Source: Marsupella aquatica (taxonomy: Eukaryota > Plantae > Marchantiophyta). Taken from it: a stretch of 64,000 nt of DNA. The stretch covers positions 14,647,680 through 14,711,679 of the forward strand of contig OZ316894.1 of NCBI GenBank assembly GCA_973895155.1. Direction: 5' to 3'. The notes beneath the pieces are model-generated. The model ran no database searches, was not told the DNA's origin, and saw only the letters and a list, made by a program, of their open reading frames with translations. A program made the position numbers and the translations under genes. Positions within the stretch are counted from its first letter, which is position 1. Each line of letters opens with the position of its first letter. Below, piece after piece: positions 51,948-64,000 of the stretch.

Positions 51948-54378
51948 TGTGACGCCAATGACATGGTCCTTATTTTGTAATCTGATTAAGTAGGTTGCTG
52001 TATGCAAGGAGTAGCTATTGATATTACATAACAATTAGCAAGATGGCAAGAATAAGGGCAATCATGGCATTAAGAGTAGGGAAATAAAAACTATGTCGCG
52101 GGTGGTCGACGACCATATCTCTTTCAATATGTCACCAAATCCGGATCTGTAAAGAGCATTGGAAAGATCTGGTCAAGGCGAGTAAAATCGATATAAAACA
52201 CTCGGGAAACGGAGGTGTATTAAGAGAGATACGGCCTGATTAGTGTGACAGGTTAACTTATGGCCGGAATTAGCGGATTCGGCTTCAGTTTCGGGTTAAC
52301 CCAAGCTCGACCACGGCTTAGCTTATGTGAGCACGGCTTCAGCTTAGCTCAGGTGAGCACGGCTTCAGCTTAGCTCAGGTGAGCACGGCTTCAGCTTAGC
52401 TTAGGTCAGCACAGCTTCAGCTTAGGCTTAACCTAGGTTCGGATTAGATTGAACTCGGGTTAGCCTAAACTCGGGCTCAGGTTAGCATAGGTAAGCTCGG
52501 GTTCGGGCTCAGCTTAGGCTAGGTTAGCGGATAGCGGGTAGCGGCCTAACCCGAGACCACGGGTTAGCTCTACTCGGGTTAGATAGGATAGCTAGGTTAG
52601 CCGAACTCGGGTTAGCTATGTAACTCGGGTTAACGCAGCAGTGAGTACCCCCTCTCGGTTGCGGGGGCATAACTCTCTGTGTATTTGACCAAATCGGCTA
52701 TAATTGACCTCGTTGGAAAGAGGAGCTCAAGCCGCTTCCAACGCTGCTATCCACGCAGCAAATGGTTGAATACAGAAATCGGGAGAGGAGGCGTAAGCTC
52801 GCGAAAACCATGGAGGAGGGCCAAATCCGAAGTACATAGCCAATTCGAGATAGAAATAAAGCTGCGAGTTAGGGTTCAGTAGTTAGAGATAGTGGCGGCT
52901 CTGTTAGGGCTGGGATGGGGCTCCAGCAGCATAGTACCCAGCCATTTGGGCTCAGTATGAGAGTATATAGAGCAGCCCCCCGGTAGAGATGGGGGGGGGG
53001 ACTTCAGTTGTGTGATCTCACTTAGACTGAGCAGCAGGGAGGAGCTCTGTGCAAGCAAGGCTGGACTTGGACGCTGCGTGTTGGGGAGAGCTTGGTTGTG
53101 CTATTACTCAGGGAGTAATCAGCCAAGCTTCACAGCAACGGGTTGCTAGGTTTGCGAGCTGGATTGTGGCTCTTTCTAGTGAGTAGCACAACTGGGTTCT
53201 TTTCCCCCGATACAGAGCCTTGGTGATAGGTGATGTATTGGTGATTGTAAACTGTGGGGAGGATGTCAATTTGATTTGTGGTGAGCACATTAGGGAGGCT
53301 GAGACACTGATTGAGGGGCAGCAGGAGGAGCATTTACAGTTCAGTCTGGCAAGGCTACGTGATCCATGGGGAGTCCCGGCCTTTGTCTGGTGGAGAGCAC
53401 TAAGGGATCTATGGCCAGAGCGGAGCTTGCAGGGCAAGCGTGAGGCCGGGCCTCATTGCAGTCTGGGGTAGATCGCCATTAGGCCTGGTACCAGCTTTGA
53501 AGTCGAGTCAACTATGTATGCGTAACTTGACGTTCTGAATTGGAGGTGTGAGATCTGTATGTGCCCCCAAGAATGAAGTGCAGTGAAGGAGGTTGAGTTC
53601 AGGATTGAGTTTGCAAGGCAAGTACGGGATTGGTTTGAGTCCAATATGCCGTCGCAATCTGGAGTGAGCCGGGCTCAGGTTCAGGATTGAGCTTGCATGG
53701 CAAGCATGGGGCTTGCGGGGCAAGCACGCTGCAATCTGGAGTAGACAGCCTTCGGGCCTATTGTTCGGATCAAGTGTTCTTAGTGAACTATTGTGCACAT
53801 CGTTGAATCTAATTGAGTTTTCCTCTCAGGCCTCATTTCTCTCATGGATGTGTGTGTGTGTGAGGCAATCTGAGTGTATGATGGAACTAGCAGCGCCACT
53901 GAGAGGTGTACCGGGTGCATTGAAGCGGGCTGGGTGAGGACTGTCATAGCTCTGATTGTTGAGAGTGGAATGGCAGAGTGGTGGGGCAATGGCTTAGAAG
54001 TCCCTAAGCCGGGAATCAGTCAGGAGTCACTGGTTTATGGGTACATTCCGGCGGCGGAATAGAAACATACCTATGACAGTAAGCATATGTATAGACCTAT
54101 GCGCACCGTAGCGCTAGGCCCTGTGTGTACGGGCCCGATATGAAGACCCCTTCTCACCAGAACTATCATGAGCGCAGATCTGATCCCCAACCTCGGTTCC
54201 TTGGGATTGAGCTTGGGTGATGTGTGACGGAGTCTTGTTATGATAGTCTGGTGTTAAGGGCATAAACTGGTTTTTACCGGCATTCACAACATCCCTTCGT
54301 GATCCTCAGGTACAAGGAGATGGTTTTGGCACCCATAGTGACGTTTTTGGTGTTAAGACCCATGTCAATCGCGTGACA
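51948..54378 (+). mobile_element. Solo LTR (2431 bp), same family as 42214-44677, opposite orientation
   Basis: TGTGACG...CGTGACA ends; 5-bp TSD GTTCC; TATA-like GTATATAG near 52963. Confidence 0.88.
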
Positions 54379-54405
54379 GTTCCACTCTTTTTCCTGTTAT
54401 GATCA

Positions 54406-54433
54406 TTACTATTTCCTGTTTCCTGTCACGGAG
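54406..54433 (-). repeat. Right subterminal inverted repeat of the MULE
   Basis: TTACTATTTCCTGTTTCCTGTCACGGAG is the reverse complement of 33355-33382 with one mismatch. Confidence 0.9.
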
Positions 54434-54442
54434 GTCGGGCCC

Positions 54443-55281
54443 GATTGAGGCCCTACTACCAACACATTCCAATGTGTTGGAACTATCACAACTGATAGCA
54501 AAAGCAGCTACTACTGTATTCTCTAAAAGATCATTGTCCACAAAACAAACCATGAAAGCATGGTTTGATGCAGAGTGTGTAGAAGCTAGAAGGAGGGCCA
54601 TGGTACAAGCTGAAGATGTAAAGGTACTTGCATTGAGAATGTATAGTAACTTTGTGAAGCACAAGAAGAGATGCTTCATGAGGCAACATCAACAAGTGCT
54701 TTCCCAAGAACTTCAAGAGAATCCTAAAGGCTTTTGGAAGAGATTTCAGGTGAAAAAAGAAGATACTTGCTTGGAGCAACAAACATTGGTAAGCTATGTG
54801 AAGTCTCTCTACTTCTATCCCGAAGCTACTTCCATGCCTTTGGAGATTGGGGAAGCTATTCAATTCTCAGATATAGAGGTGCAAACTCAACTATCTAGAA
54901 TGCAAAAGGGCAAGGCTGCAGATTTGCAAGGGTTCACAGTGGAGCTCCTACAATGGGGTGGATCTTCTTTGGTATCAGCACTCACTGCATGTTTGAATCA
55001 AGTGGTCCAAGGTGGCTTACCTCCAGATTGGAGTACAAGGAGATTGGTACCTACTCACAAGGGAGACTCTAAGAATGAGGTGAGCAACTATAGGACTATC
55101 ATGATAGCTAGTATCTTTGCTAAAGTTTTAGGAGGACTACTAGAAGCTAGACTTAGATCTTGGGTTGAAAAACACATGAAAAGAGCATCATCACAAGCTG
55201 GTTTTAGGGCAGGTTTTAGTACTCTAGATCACATGCTTTGCCTTAGAGTGTTAGAGGAGAGGGCTAAAAGACTCAAGCTAC
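54443..55281 (+). mobile_element. RTEX-like LINE family B, linker and RT N-part (right part of the split element, 3'-truncated)
   Basis: WFDAEC, GKAADLQG, NYRTIMI, QAGFRAGFSTLDH; near-identical to 62030-62439. Confidence 0.88.
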
Positions 55282-55884
55282 TTGTTCATTCACCTACCGA
55301 TGTGGACTTGTCTTGCCTTGGGGGTCTGTGTAGCTTGCAAGGGGCACCTTCGTTGCAATCCTTACCCATTATCTAGAATATTGAAGGTAAGGTGAAAATT
55401 ATTGGCTTCACTCTTGTGCAGAAGCGTTGACCAATTTTCCACTCAGTTTGGGAGAAGAAAACATTGAAGGATGATAAGTAAGGAGTATGGAAGGGGAAGA
55501 GTTTTTCTCCATGGTTGAGGTTTTGCTTGCTTAAGAGTTGAAGTTGTTATGATGGTGTAGGACAAGTTAGAGTAGATAGGCTAATTTGAAGCCTTGTTTT
55601 TGATAGACTTGTTGGAGGGGTTGAGATGCAATCTTATACATACTACTTGGTGTTACTTGCTAGGAGGGTTGCTCGCTCAAGGTATTACGTAGAGGCATTT
55701 AAGCACCAGAGCACTTAGACGTGGGCGCTAAGTGTCTAGGTTGGGGTATTTATATAAGACAGGAAACCGGAAACCAGGAAACCCAAAACAAGAACCGATG
55801 ACAGGAAATAGGAAATAGGATACACAAAACTTCAACAAAGAATGCGGGAATTTTTTTTGGGATGAAGCAAGATCTTTCCTTGAA

Positions 55885-58580
55885 ATTTTGTTTTTTGTTT
55901 ATTAATGTAGCCACGAAAGACCCCATGGCAGGGGGACACCACAAACAACACCAAAAGAACCAGAAGCAGCCGTGCCCAACATAAAGGACAACCAGTGAAG
56001 CAAAACTGTGTTTGCCAAAAATCAGCGACAAGTGCCAGCAACAAGCCAAGCATGCCATGCGCGACTAGAATTCAGAGGCCAATACCTAGCAAGGCGAACT
56101 AACCAACTAAACAAAGCTCTCATATGCGTGGGCCAGCAGCCAGAAACCAAGGGCCAATACTGAGCACGATAGACTAATCAGCTATAAAATTATCACAAAT
56201 GTCCGTGCTACCAGTCATGAGCCAAGGCATCAATAGACTACATCCATGAGGTCCAAAGATGACCTCAGCCAGACGTGATCCAGACCTGATGGCTATTCAG
56301 CCACACAATTCGCTCTTGATTAATAAGTTCTTTGACACGCATCATTCTGGTGCGACACCTGCCCAATGGCAAGCTCACATCCACCGCAATAACATGGTCA
56401 GCTGCTTCCAATAGTATGAATCAAAGATCAATTTCCTACAGCCATTTGCCTGAAACTCATGCACATTCCGTCCTAACCATAATGACCAGAGGATCTGGTA
56501 AAAGATGAAAAGATTAGCAACTGTGCTGTGTTCTCTGCCAACTGTTAGATCCAGCATGGATAGTAGCCTACTCGAGTAATCAGGAAAGGTGTCGTGGAAG
56601 CACCGAGCACCTAGGGCCCAACATTTGTGCGCATGTTCACACTGAGCAAAGAGGTGGGGGATGGTTTCAGTGACACCATGACACAGCTTGCAAAATCCAT
56701 CTCCCTTGCCTATGCAAACCGCTTGGATTCCCATAAATAATCCTGAGGCCAGGACTCTCCAAACAAAAATTTTAGCCCGTGAGGATAGGTCAGACCTCCA
56801 CAGTCCATTCCAGGCCGCCTTCCATTCCTCAGCTGATTTTGTTGCTCCAAGTGCGGTTCAAGCTAAGAAAATCCTCTACAGTAGGGCAAAGGATAGAGTA
56901 GGCCTGCTTGTTGGTGAGTCTAAAAGCATTCATAAGGGCCGGATGGTCCGCCCATCGCCAATAGCGGGCTCCAGTAACATAGTGCATGCTATAGCCATCA
57001 GTTTCTGAAACCTTCTCCAGAAACTCCCTGCAACAGCCACGCTCACGTGTAGTGAATCCTCTAATATGTGCCAGTTGCACAGACAAATCCCACCATGTTC
57101 TCAACTCAGCTGACCATAGATCTTGGAGGCAGCGAATGCCCAAATGGCCACATATCATGGTTACCATTGTGAAGTCCGCATTCGGCCATGACTGAAAGCC
57201 CTGGAGGCAGCAAATTGTGTCCATTACATTCCACCTGCCAGGCATAAGATCCATGGGGGCAAAGATCAAATTAGGGCGTAATTGTATCCAAGCTTTCCAT
57301 AACCCTCCAATGTATGTGAGGCCATTAAATGCTCAGGGAAAGTAGAGCAGCATTTTATCCTTGAAAGAATACTGGTTCCGCTGTTGTGACGAACCATTTT
57401 GGTACTGAGACCAGGAATGAGGAAGTCGGTTGGTGTTCCGTATTTGGTGAGCTACGAATGCTTTGAAGTTGAATCGTTTCGACTTCAAGCTTGACTCTGC
57501 GAGTCGATTGGTGTTCCGTATTCAGTGAGTTGCGAGTGCTGAGTCAAATCATTTTGACTTTGAGCTCAACTCTGAGTGACGATTGGTGTTTCATTTCTGA
57601 TGAGCTTTGGGCATGCGGAAGCTAAGAAGTTGGGAGTTGGCTGTGATTGGAATGCAAAGGACTGTTGGTTCAACTTCTGGGGACCAAGAGTGGCTTTTGA
57701 GTTCTGAACCCGCCTGGCGGTGACTCGTCGGGCGGGGATGCTGTTTCTGAGGCGTATTTGAGGCCTGGGCTTTGGCTCAGTCCAGGGGAGTCGATCATTT
57801 ATGGAGATTTGGATTGAGGTTTGAGGTGCTACCGATTGCAAACCAGCAAGCCTGAGTGTTGGATTGTTGGCGATGCGAGCTGAGAGATTGCGAGTTCTGA
57901 GCTTGAGCACTTGAGGAATTGGATTTCATGGATTTTCCGACTAGATAGCCTTTGAGAGGACGATAGCTTGATGGAAGATAGATAGTAGCCTGCCGAAGGG
58001 TTAGAGATCAGACTTTCACGAGTGACACGCCCAAGGGCACCCATTGTATTGATCATGAGATTTTCAGAAATAAAGTGTTTGAGTTTGGGCCCCGAATTAT
58101 GTCTATCACTTGTCTGGATCGCAGCCGGAAACAGTTCATTTTCTTGAGGTGACCCTTGCATTCAGTCCACGCAACACCGCCTGATCCACTTATAATTCAG
58201 CCAGCTGACCAGTTTCAGATTTTCTGCAAAGAGGCAGGCCCATTTTGAGTGAGGGGAGTCCAATCTCCAGTGAACCATTTTGAGAGAAGAGCATCCGAGT
58301 GGCAGCAAAAGTCTTTCAGCCCCAAGCCCCCCTCCATCCTAGGCCTAGCCATTCTAGCCCAAGAAACCAAAGGTATTCTTCTGCCTCCTCCAAAGTTGTA
58401 GCCCCACAGAAAATCCCGATAGAGTGCTATCAATTTCTTTGCCAGGCCCTCCGAGGCTTTCAGAAACATCGAATGGTAGACGACTATGGCCTGTAAGATA
58501 TGTCTGATCAAGAGGACCCTCCCAGTAAATGATAACAACTTATTTGCCCAAGATGACAAGCAAGCACCAATCTTATCAAG
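55885..58580 (-). mobile_element. Degraded 5'-truncated plant L1-clade LINE
   Basis: SSWANKLLSFTGRVLLIRHILQAI...EGGLGL; zf-RVT CKLC...ETIPHLFAQC; AATAAA plus A-rich tail near 55885-55905. Confidence 0.8.
57382..58176. mobile_element. Solo LTR (795 bp) with 4-bp TSD, inside the L1
   Basis: TGTTG...CAACA ends; CCGC on both sides. Confidence 0.7.
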
Positions 58581-58794
58581 CGCAAGATCTTTGACATTTG
58601 AAACAGGTTTTTTAGAAGATTTGTGTCAAATCCAGGAAAAATGGTTGAGACCAAGAATAGCGCTAGACGCTTGTATTATAAACTTTTGGAAACTGTTTTC
58701 CCAGAAAGCATAGGGTCGCACTAGGCGCTGCCAAAACTAGTTTAGAAATCTTTGCTATATATCTACTCTATAACAACCAAATCAAAATATGGAT

Positions 58795-58932
58795 TGAGGA
58801 CATAGTTGTCCTCTTCTGAGCAATCTCTTTTGGTTGCTCTTTTCTTTGATTGCATTGTACTTTACTTTTTGTGGCAGCTCCTTTGACTTTCATGGTCCCG
58901 GAGCTTATAATACATTACCATTACCATTACCA
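58795..58932 (+). mobile_element. Family A LINE 3'-UTR-only insertion
   Basis: Matches the last ~140 bp of family A, including (TTACCA)x3. Confidence 0.9.
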
Positions 58933-59136
58933 TATGTTAGCGATTAGCAAATCGATCCAATGTCAGTCTCCCATCCATTACCACAAAATGAAAGGGCTAG
59001 TTCCAATCAACAAAAACTATTCTGGATTTTCTAGTCATAGAAGACATTGCCGTCTTAGTCTATCGGGAGATTCAAGAACATTGGGTGCCTCCGTCGGGCA
59101 AGTGAGCATACTAGCACCGGGCGCTAGTTCTCTCAA

Positions 59137-59567
59137 TCATGGACAAACCGCACTCATCATCAATGCCAACCTTAGATTGGGCTCTATCGGGAACAAAACC
59201 GTGCTCACGAGTGCTGATGCCAAGGATGGCATTCTCTCCACACCTCTTTGAGGGTCCTTGCCAGGAATGGTTGTATTTTGGAAATCAATCCTCCCTAGCT
59301 CCTCTTGGGTGCGAATGCCATCCTCATGAGTCGGGTTGTGGAGAGGAAGGGGCCAATGAATTGTAAATCTTTCCAAAAAATGCCTTGGTAAAGAATCTCT
59401 AAGCCATGGGATAAGCATCTCGCCAGGGCTAATAGCTTTGCCTGGAGGAAGGTTCAATGTGTTGGGAAGTCACTCGTCTCGCTCCACTCAGGCTGTTCAG
59501 TGATGGGCAGCAAACCCTCCTCCAAAATCATTTGAGACAAACTACGCACTTTGGTTCCATGATCCAT
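59137..59567 (-). pseudogene. Small third gene of MULE copy 3 (frameshifted)
   Basis: Motif similarity to and synteny with 33904-34374. Confidence 0.5.
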
Positions 59568-60106
59568 TTCAGGTTAGCGATGGCAATTTGAACACAAATG
59601 GAAGCGCATGAGAAGAACATGTAACCAAAATCCAAAACCGAGATTGCGGTATGAAATGCTCAGGATGAAACGCGAACGCAAGGATATGGGGAATGATAGA
59701 GACCGTGGTTGCCTCAAACGGTCCTTGGGACCAAATGTTCATAATGTCAGTTCAACGTTTGAAAGAGACAAAAGATCAACAAAAACTTTGTGACTGACGT
59801 CAGTCGATAAGAATGGGAATCTTTCCGTTAGTATTACAAAAATAAAGTGAGGATATTGAAGAGAGGAGAGTATTTGCTCTAGCGGAGTAAAGTTATAGTA
59901 GCGTTGGGCACTACTATAACATTCTAGGATATTAATGACAAAAATGAGAGTAAACATGATGCAATGACAATAATATGTATGAATAAAAATGAACTAAATT
60001 AATTTTACAAAATAGTTATAGCGCCCAAAGAGGATATTATCTGAGTACTCATTTGAGTAGCGCCCGGCGCTAGCATAACCTCAATATGTACCTATGAAGG
60101 TAAATA

Positions 60107-60420
60107 CTATTCTGACCTAACCTCATCAGATAACTCTAATCCGCTTAATTTAGACCTATCGATGGACTCTGCTTTGTCATCTATGAATTTGCTCTTGCAT
60201 ATATCATCAACATAAGGGTTTCTAACAAACTTCCTATCAGAACCCCTCCTCAGTCTAAGGCCTTTATTCTCCCATTGGAGAGTCCGCGCACTATCTACTC
60301 TCCTGGCCGCATTCTCAATGTATGAAGGTAAAACAAATGGTTTCTTGGAGGTTCCAATATAACTCTTGGCAAATTTCCTCCTGAGTTGGAAATGCCTTCG
60401 TAGATTCCAGTCAGACTTGA
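60107..60420 (-). pseudogene. Last exon of ParB-MTase gene copy 3
   Basis: KPFVLPSY...WENKGLRLRRGSDRKF...PYVDD...FIDDKAESID matches the last exons of copies 1 and 2. Confidence 0.8.
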
Positions 60421-60432
60421 GGATGAGAATCT

Positions 60433-62439
60433 AAGTCAAAGTCAAAGTCAAAGTCAAATTCTAAGCTCCACGACGACCCAATGAGTCAAGGGAGCTGTGG
60501 CAAAAAAGCCAAATACAAAGCAAAGAAATGAGTCAAATGCTCATGTGAGGATCTCTACATCCTCACTAATAACAAACTAAGGACCTTAAGAGTCACTAAT
60601 GTGTAATGCTATCACATCGTTTCCTATCCACTGCCATGATATACAATCCAAGTTGCTTTGGTGGCAACCTAAATAGATCATGCAGATCAGAAACAAGGAT
60701 TTGATGTGCTATTTGAACCTCCTCATACCATCTACATGCTATGAATACATGATATTCATTCTCAATGCTGCCACTATCACAAAGTCTACACACACTATCC
60801 TGCCTCCTAATTCCCTTCCATCTACCCTCCTCTACCTCCAAGTGATGTGAGCTGAGTCTATATCTAGCAATCACTTGTCTCAACCTCGTAGAAATGGGAG
60901 CTCTAAGATACTCTTGTTCTTCATACAACATCATGGGGTTTACATCCCTCATAAAATACTGTAATCTAGGGCTAGGATCACTCCAAAGTTTTCTAATAGC
61001 TTTATCACGCAAGAGTGACCAAAGCTTCTTTGGTTGAGTATGCCACTCATGCTCAGATAAGTCTCATGATTGGGCCCAGCTACATACATCAGCATACCAA
61101 CCAAAAGCTCTAGATATGTGAAAGGCTTGCGTAGGTAGCCTAGAATCATTCAACGCCTCCACTCTCCTAGCATATTGAAGAGTGTGATAGAGAGCTTCAA
61201 CCTCCAATGGTAGAAGACCTACCTCAGCCAATAACAAGTATGGGGTTTGGGTTTTCACTCCAAGCTCCATCTCCAAGAAAAGCTTTTGGATAGCCTCTAC
61301 CTTTTTCCAACAAGATTGAGAAGTAGAAGGGCCCCATACTTGCACCCCATAAAGAATAACAGGCCTTACCAAGGAATTGAAGAGTTGTTTCTTCAACTTC
61401 CAAGTGGAAAGACTTGCTCCCTTGCACTTCTGAACCATGCTATAGAAGGCCTTGTAACCGTGAGCCACCCTATGCGTCACACATGTAGCCCAACTCATGC
61501 TTCGAGAAAACTCCACCCCAAGATACTTGTAAGAGGTCACCATCTCCACCTTTTCACCTGCAAAATAGAGAGAAAGCTCTTGCTTTGTACCAAGTACAAG
61601 GCACTTGGTCTTCCTCATGTTGACCTGCATGCCTTATTGTTTGCAAAAATGCTCTAGGGCTAGAAGATGTTGTTGCAAATCAGATTGGGAGTGAGCTAGA
61701 AGCACCACATCATCTGCAAATATAAGAAGTTGGATGGCCAGAGTTCCCAACTGAGAACCTACGCCTCCCATCTCCTCTAGCAAATCATGTAGTTGGTCAA
61801 TGAAGACCCCAAAGAGCGTTGGAGATAGTGGGCAGCCTTGGATCACACCAAGTGTCCTAGGAACCTCCTCATAGCTACTACCAGAGAATCTAATCATTAC
61901 CTTTTGATACAATTGTGCAATAGCTATTCTCATCTCAAGAGGAACTTCGAGACTAATCAACCGCTCCCAAAGCTTGTGTCTACAAACCCTATCAAATGCT
62001 TTGGAGAAGTCTACAAACAAGCAAAATAGAGGTAGCTTGAGTCTTTTAGCCCTCTCCTCTAACACTCTAAGGCAAAGCATGTGATCTAGAGTACTAAAAC
62101 CTGCCCTAAAACCAGCTTGTGATGATGCTCTTTTCATGTGTTTTTCAACCCAAGTGCTGATACCAAAGAAGATCCACCCCATTGTAGGAGCTCCACTGTG
62201 AACCCTTGCAAATCTGCAGCCTTGCCCTTTTGCATTCTAGATAGTTGAGTTTGCACCTCTATATCTGAGAATTGAATAGCTTCCCCAATTTCCAAAGGCA
62301 TGGAAGTGGCTTTAGGATAGAAGTAGAGAGATCTCACATAGCTTACCAATGTTTGTTGCTCCAAGCAAGGATCTTCTTTTTTCACCTGAAATCTCTTCCA
62401 AAAGCCTTTAGGATTCTCTTGAAGTTCTTGGGAAAGCAC
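60433..62439 (-). mobile_element. 5'-truncated RTEX-like LINE family B with (TTTGAC)n tail
   Basis: FVDFSKAFD, QGCPLSP, FADD, YKYLG, CRLC..ENEYH..C; tail at 60433-60458; internal deletion near 62153 relative to 54980-55160. Confidence 0.92.
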
Positions 62440-62559
62440 ATCTCCCGTAGTATGTCAACACAATTTATTTCCTAAAAATATGTTTAGAATAGAATAGACA
62501 GCAAAGAGTGAATTCCGGATGAGGGAGCTTGACAAAAAGCTTACAAGCATTACTTAGAA

Positions 62560-63434
62560 GCAACAGATTGAGGGGCTGCAAAAGCTATTTCTTGAGATGG
62601 AGCTTGGGATCAAGTCACAAACCCCATATGCACTTACACTTGCAGAGGCAGGCTTGTTTCCTTTGGAGGTGGAGGCACTCTTCCACACACTCAAATACAT
62701 CATGCGTGTAAGAGAGTTGAAGGAAACCAGATTTCCTTTTCATGCCTTGCGCTCATCTTCAGCTAAAGGGTGGTATGCAGATGTGTGCAGGTGGGCCCAT
62801 GCTTGGGATTTTCCTGAACATGAATGGCCAACACACCCAACCAAGCTAAGAGCAAAACTTGAGCAAAAGGCTTTGCACAAACTTTGGCATGAACCTAGCC
62901 CACGGCAGCAATACTACATGAGAGATGTGAACCCCATGAAGAAATATCGAGAACAAGAATACTTATCTAGCACTATCTCAGTACAACTTAGACAACTTAT
63001 TGCTCAGTATAGACTAAGCTCACACCACCTTGAAGTAGAACAAGGGAGATGGAAGGATATTGACAGGAAAAAGAGGGTTTGTCAACTATGTGATAGCTCT
63101 AGTATAGAGAATGAATATCATGTATTCATTGCTTGCAAGTTTTATGAGGGGGTTAGGATGGCATCTCAAATCTTGGTGAAAGATTTGTATGCATTGTTTG
63201 GTCTGCCCCCTCAGCAACTTGGAAGATATATCTTTGCGGTGGATAGGGAAAGGAGAATAGGTTTGGAAAATCTTTCAGGGCTCTCTAGGTCCATAGTTTC
63301 TTTGAGGACATAGTTGTCCTCTTCTGAGAAATCTCTTTTGGTTGCTCTTTTCTTTGATTGCATTGTACTTTACTTTTTGTGGCAGCTCCTTTGACTTTCA
63401 TGGTCCCGGAGGTTATAATACATTACCATTACCA
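62560..63434 (+). mobile_element. 5'-truncated family A LINE flanked by a ~110-bp target duplication
   Basis: 62451-62560 is repeated at 63435-63551. Confidence 0.92.
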
Positions 63435-63544
63435 TATGTCAACACAATTTATTTCCTAAAAATATGTTTAGAATAGAATTGGAAAGTGACAGCAAGGAGT
63501 GAATTCCGGATGAGGGAGCTTGACAAAAAGCTTACAAGCATTAC

Positions 63545-64000
63545 TTAGAAGAATCTTTGTTGTCGCTCCCTTCATCAAATTTGTGATCGTCTCCAGTTTG
63601 AGATCCTATAGGAATGAGAGCATCCAACTCTTCTCCCCCTTCCTTTGCATCCTCTTTGTTGTTGGAATCAAAATTGAGTTTTGATCTAAGTTTGTCTCTC
63701 TTCCTCTTCACAACCACATTTGCGGAAGGAGCATTTATTTGAGGAACTTTTGGAGTGAGAAGTTCCAAAAATATCCTTGAGGCTGTTTCAATGAACTCCT
63801 TCCTATTTTCCACCCCAAGAACAAATTGGCCACAATAGTCCCTGGCCACAAAAGTACTCCCAGAACCTACAACCCAATCAAAAACAATATCTCTTGGGCA
63901 TGTAATTAACTTGAGTACTGACTGCATAAATCCAGGATGGAGTCTGGCATTTCCAACAAACTCAAGCTTGGGACTAGTATCCACCTTTGCAAGCGGAAGT
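63545..64000 (-). pseudogene. MTase SAM-binding exon of ParB-MTase gene copy 3 (partial)
   Basis: GNARLHPGFMQSVLKLITCPRDIVFDWVVGSGSTFVA...VLGVENRKEFI is homologous to 35264-35832. Confidence 0.85.

Larger units (their letters stand above)
33346..54442. mobile_element. Complete Mutator-like DNA transposon carrying a ParB-MTase-like gene and a small third gene (about 10.7 kb without nested LTR elements)
   Basis: 8-bp TSD GATTGAGG at 33338-33345 and 54443-54450; inverted repeats 9 bp inside each end; removing it restores LINE ORF2 (FRGEIE-ALLPTH); contains a DDE/SWIM transposase. Confidence 0.9.
55743..64000. mobile_element. Left part of another MULE of the ParB-MTase type, running off the window
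   Basis: GGGGTATTTATATAA-GACAGGAAAC has the same 15-bp offset to GACAGGAAAC as the 33346 end; CAGGAAA repeats; same palindromes; same gene order (small gene, last exon, MTase exon). Confidence 0.7.

Noticed and set aside
42214-54378. Composite transposon or giant TIRs formed by the 2.4-kb inverted repeats
   Set aside because: Each repeat has its own 5-bp TSD and TG..CA ends; the real MULE ends lie outside them.

Overview
Repeat-dense, intron-containing land-plant DNA (Copia Bianca and Tork elements, plant L1 pieces, a TTTAGGG scar; a seed-free plant is my guess). No intact host gene, RNA gene or CRISPR array was seen; nearly all of it is nested transposons. The main discovery is a Mutator-like DNA transposon with fully resolved ends (33346-54442, 8-bp TSD GATTGAGG, 28-bp subterminal inverted repeat) inserted in a LINE. 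It encodes a GCM-like/DDE/SWIM transposase, a divergently oriented five-exon gene fusing a ParB/Srx-like domain to a bacterial-type (beta-class N4/N6) DNA methyltransferase fold with a degenerate catalytic motif, and a small third gene. About 14 copies of the palindrome TAGCGCCNGGCGCTA lie in its introns and intergenic DNA. Two more diverged relatives of the ParB-MTase gene occur (6722-10770; 60107-64000). The first carries a different palindrome (YAGCGA-NN-TCGCTR), suggesting co-evolving protein/site pairs. The window also shows a recent burst of RTEX-like LINEs with hexamer tails, including a tail-only insertion, a head-to-head twin insertion and a ~110-bp target duplication. All domain calls come from motif recognition by eye; no searches were run.
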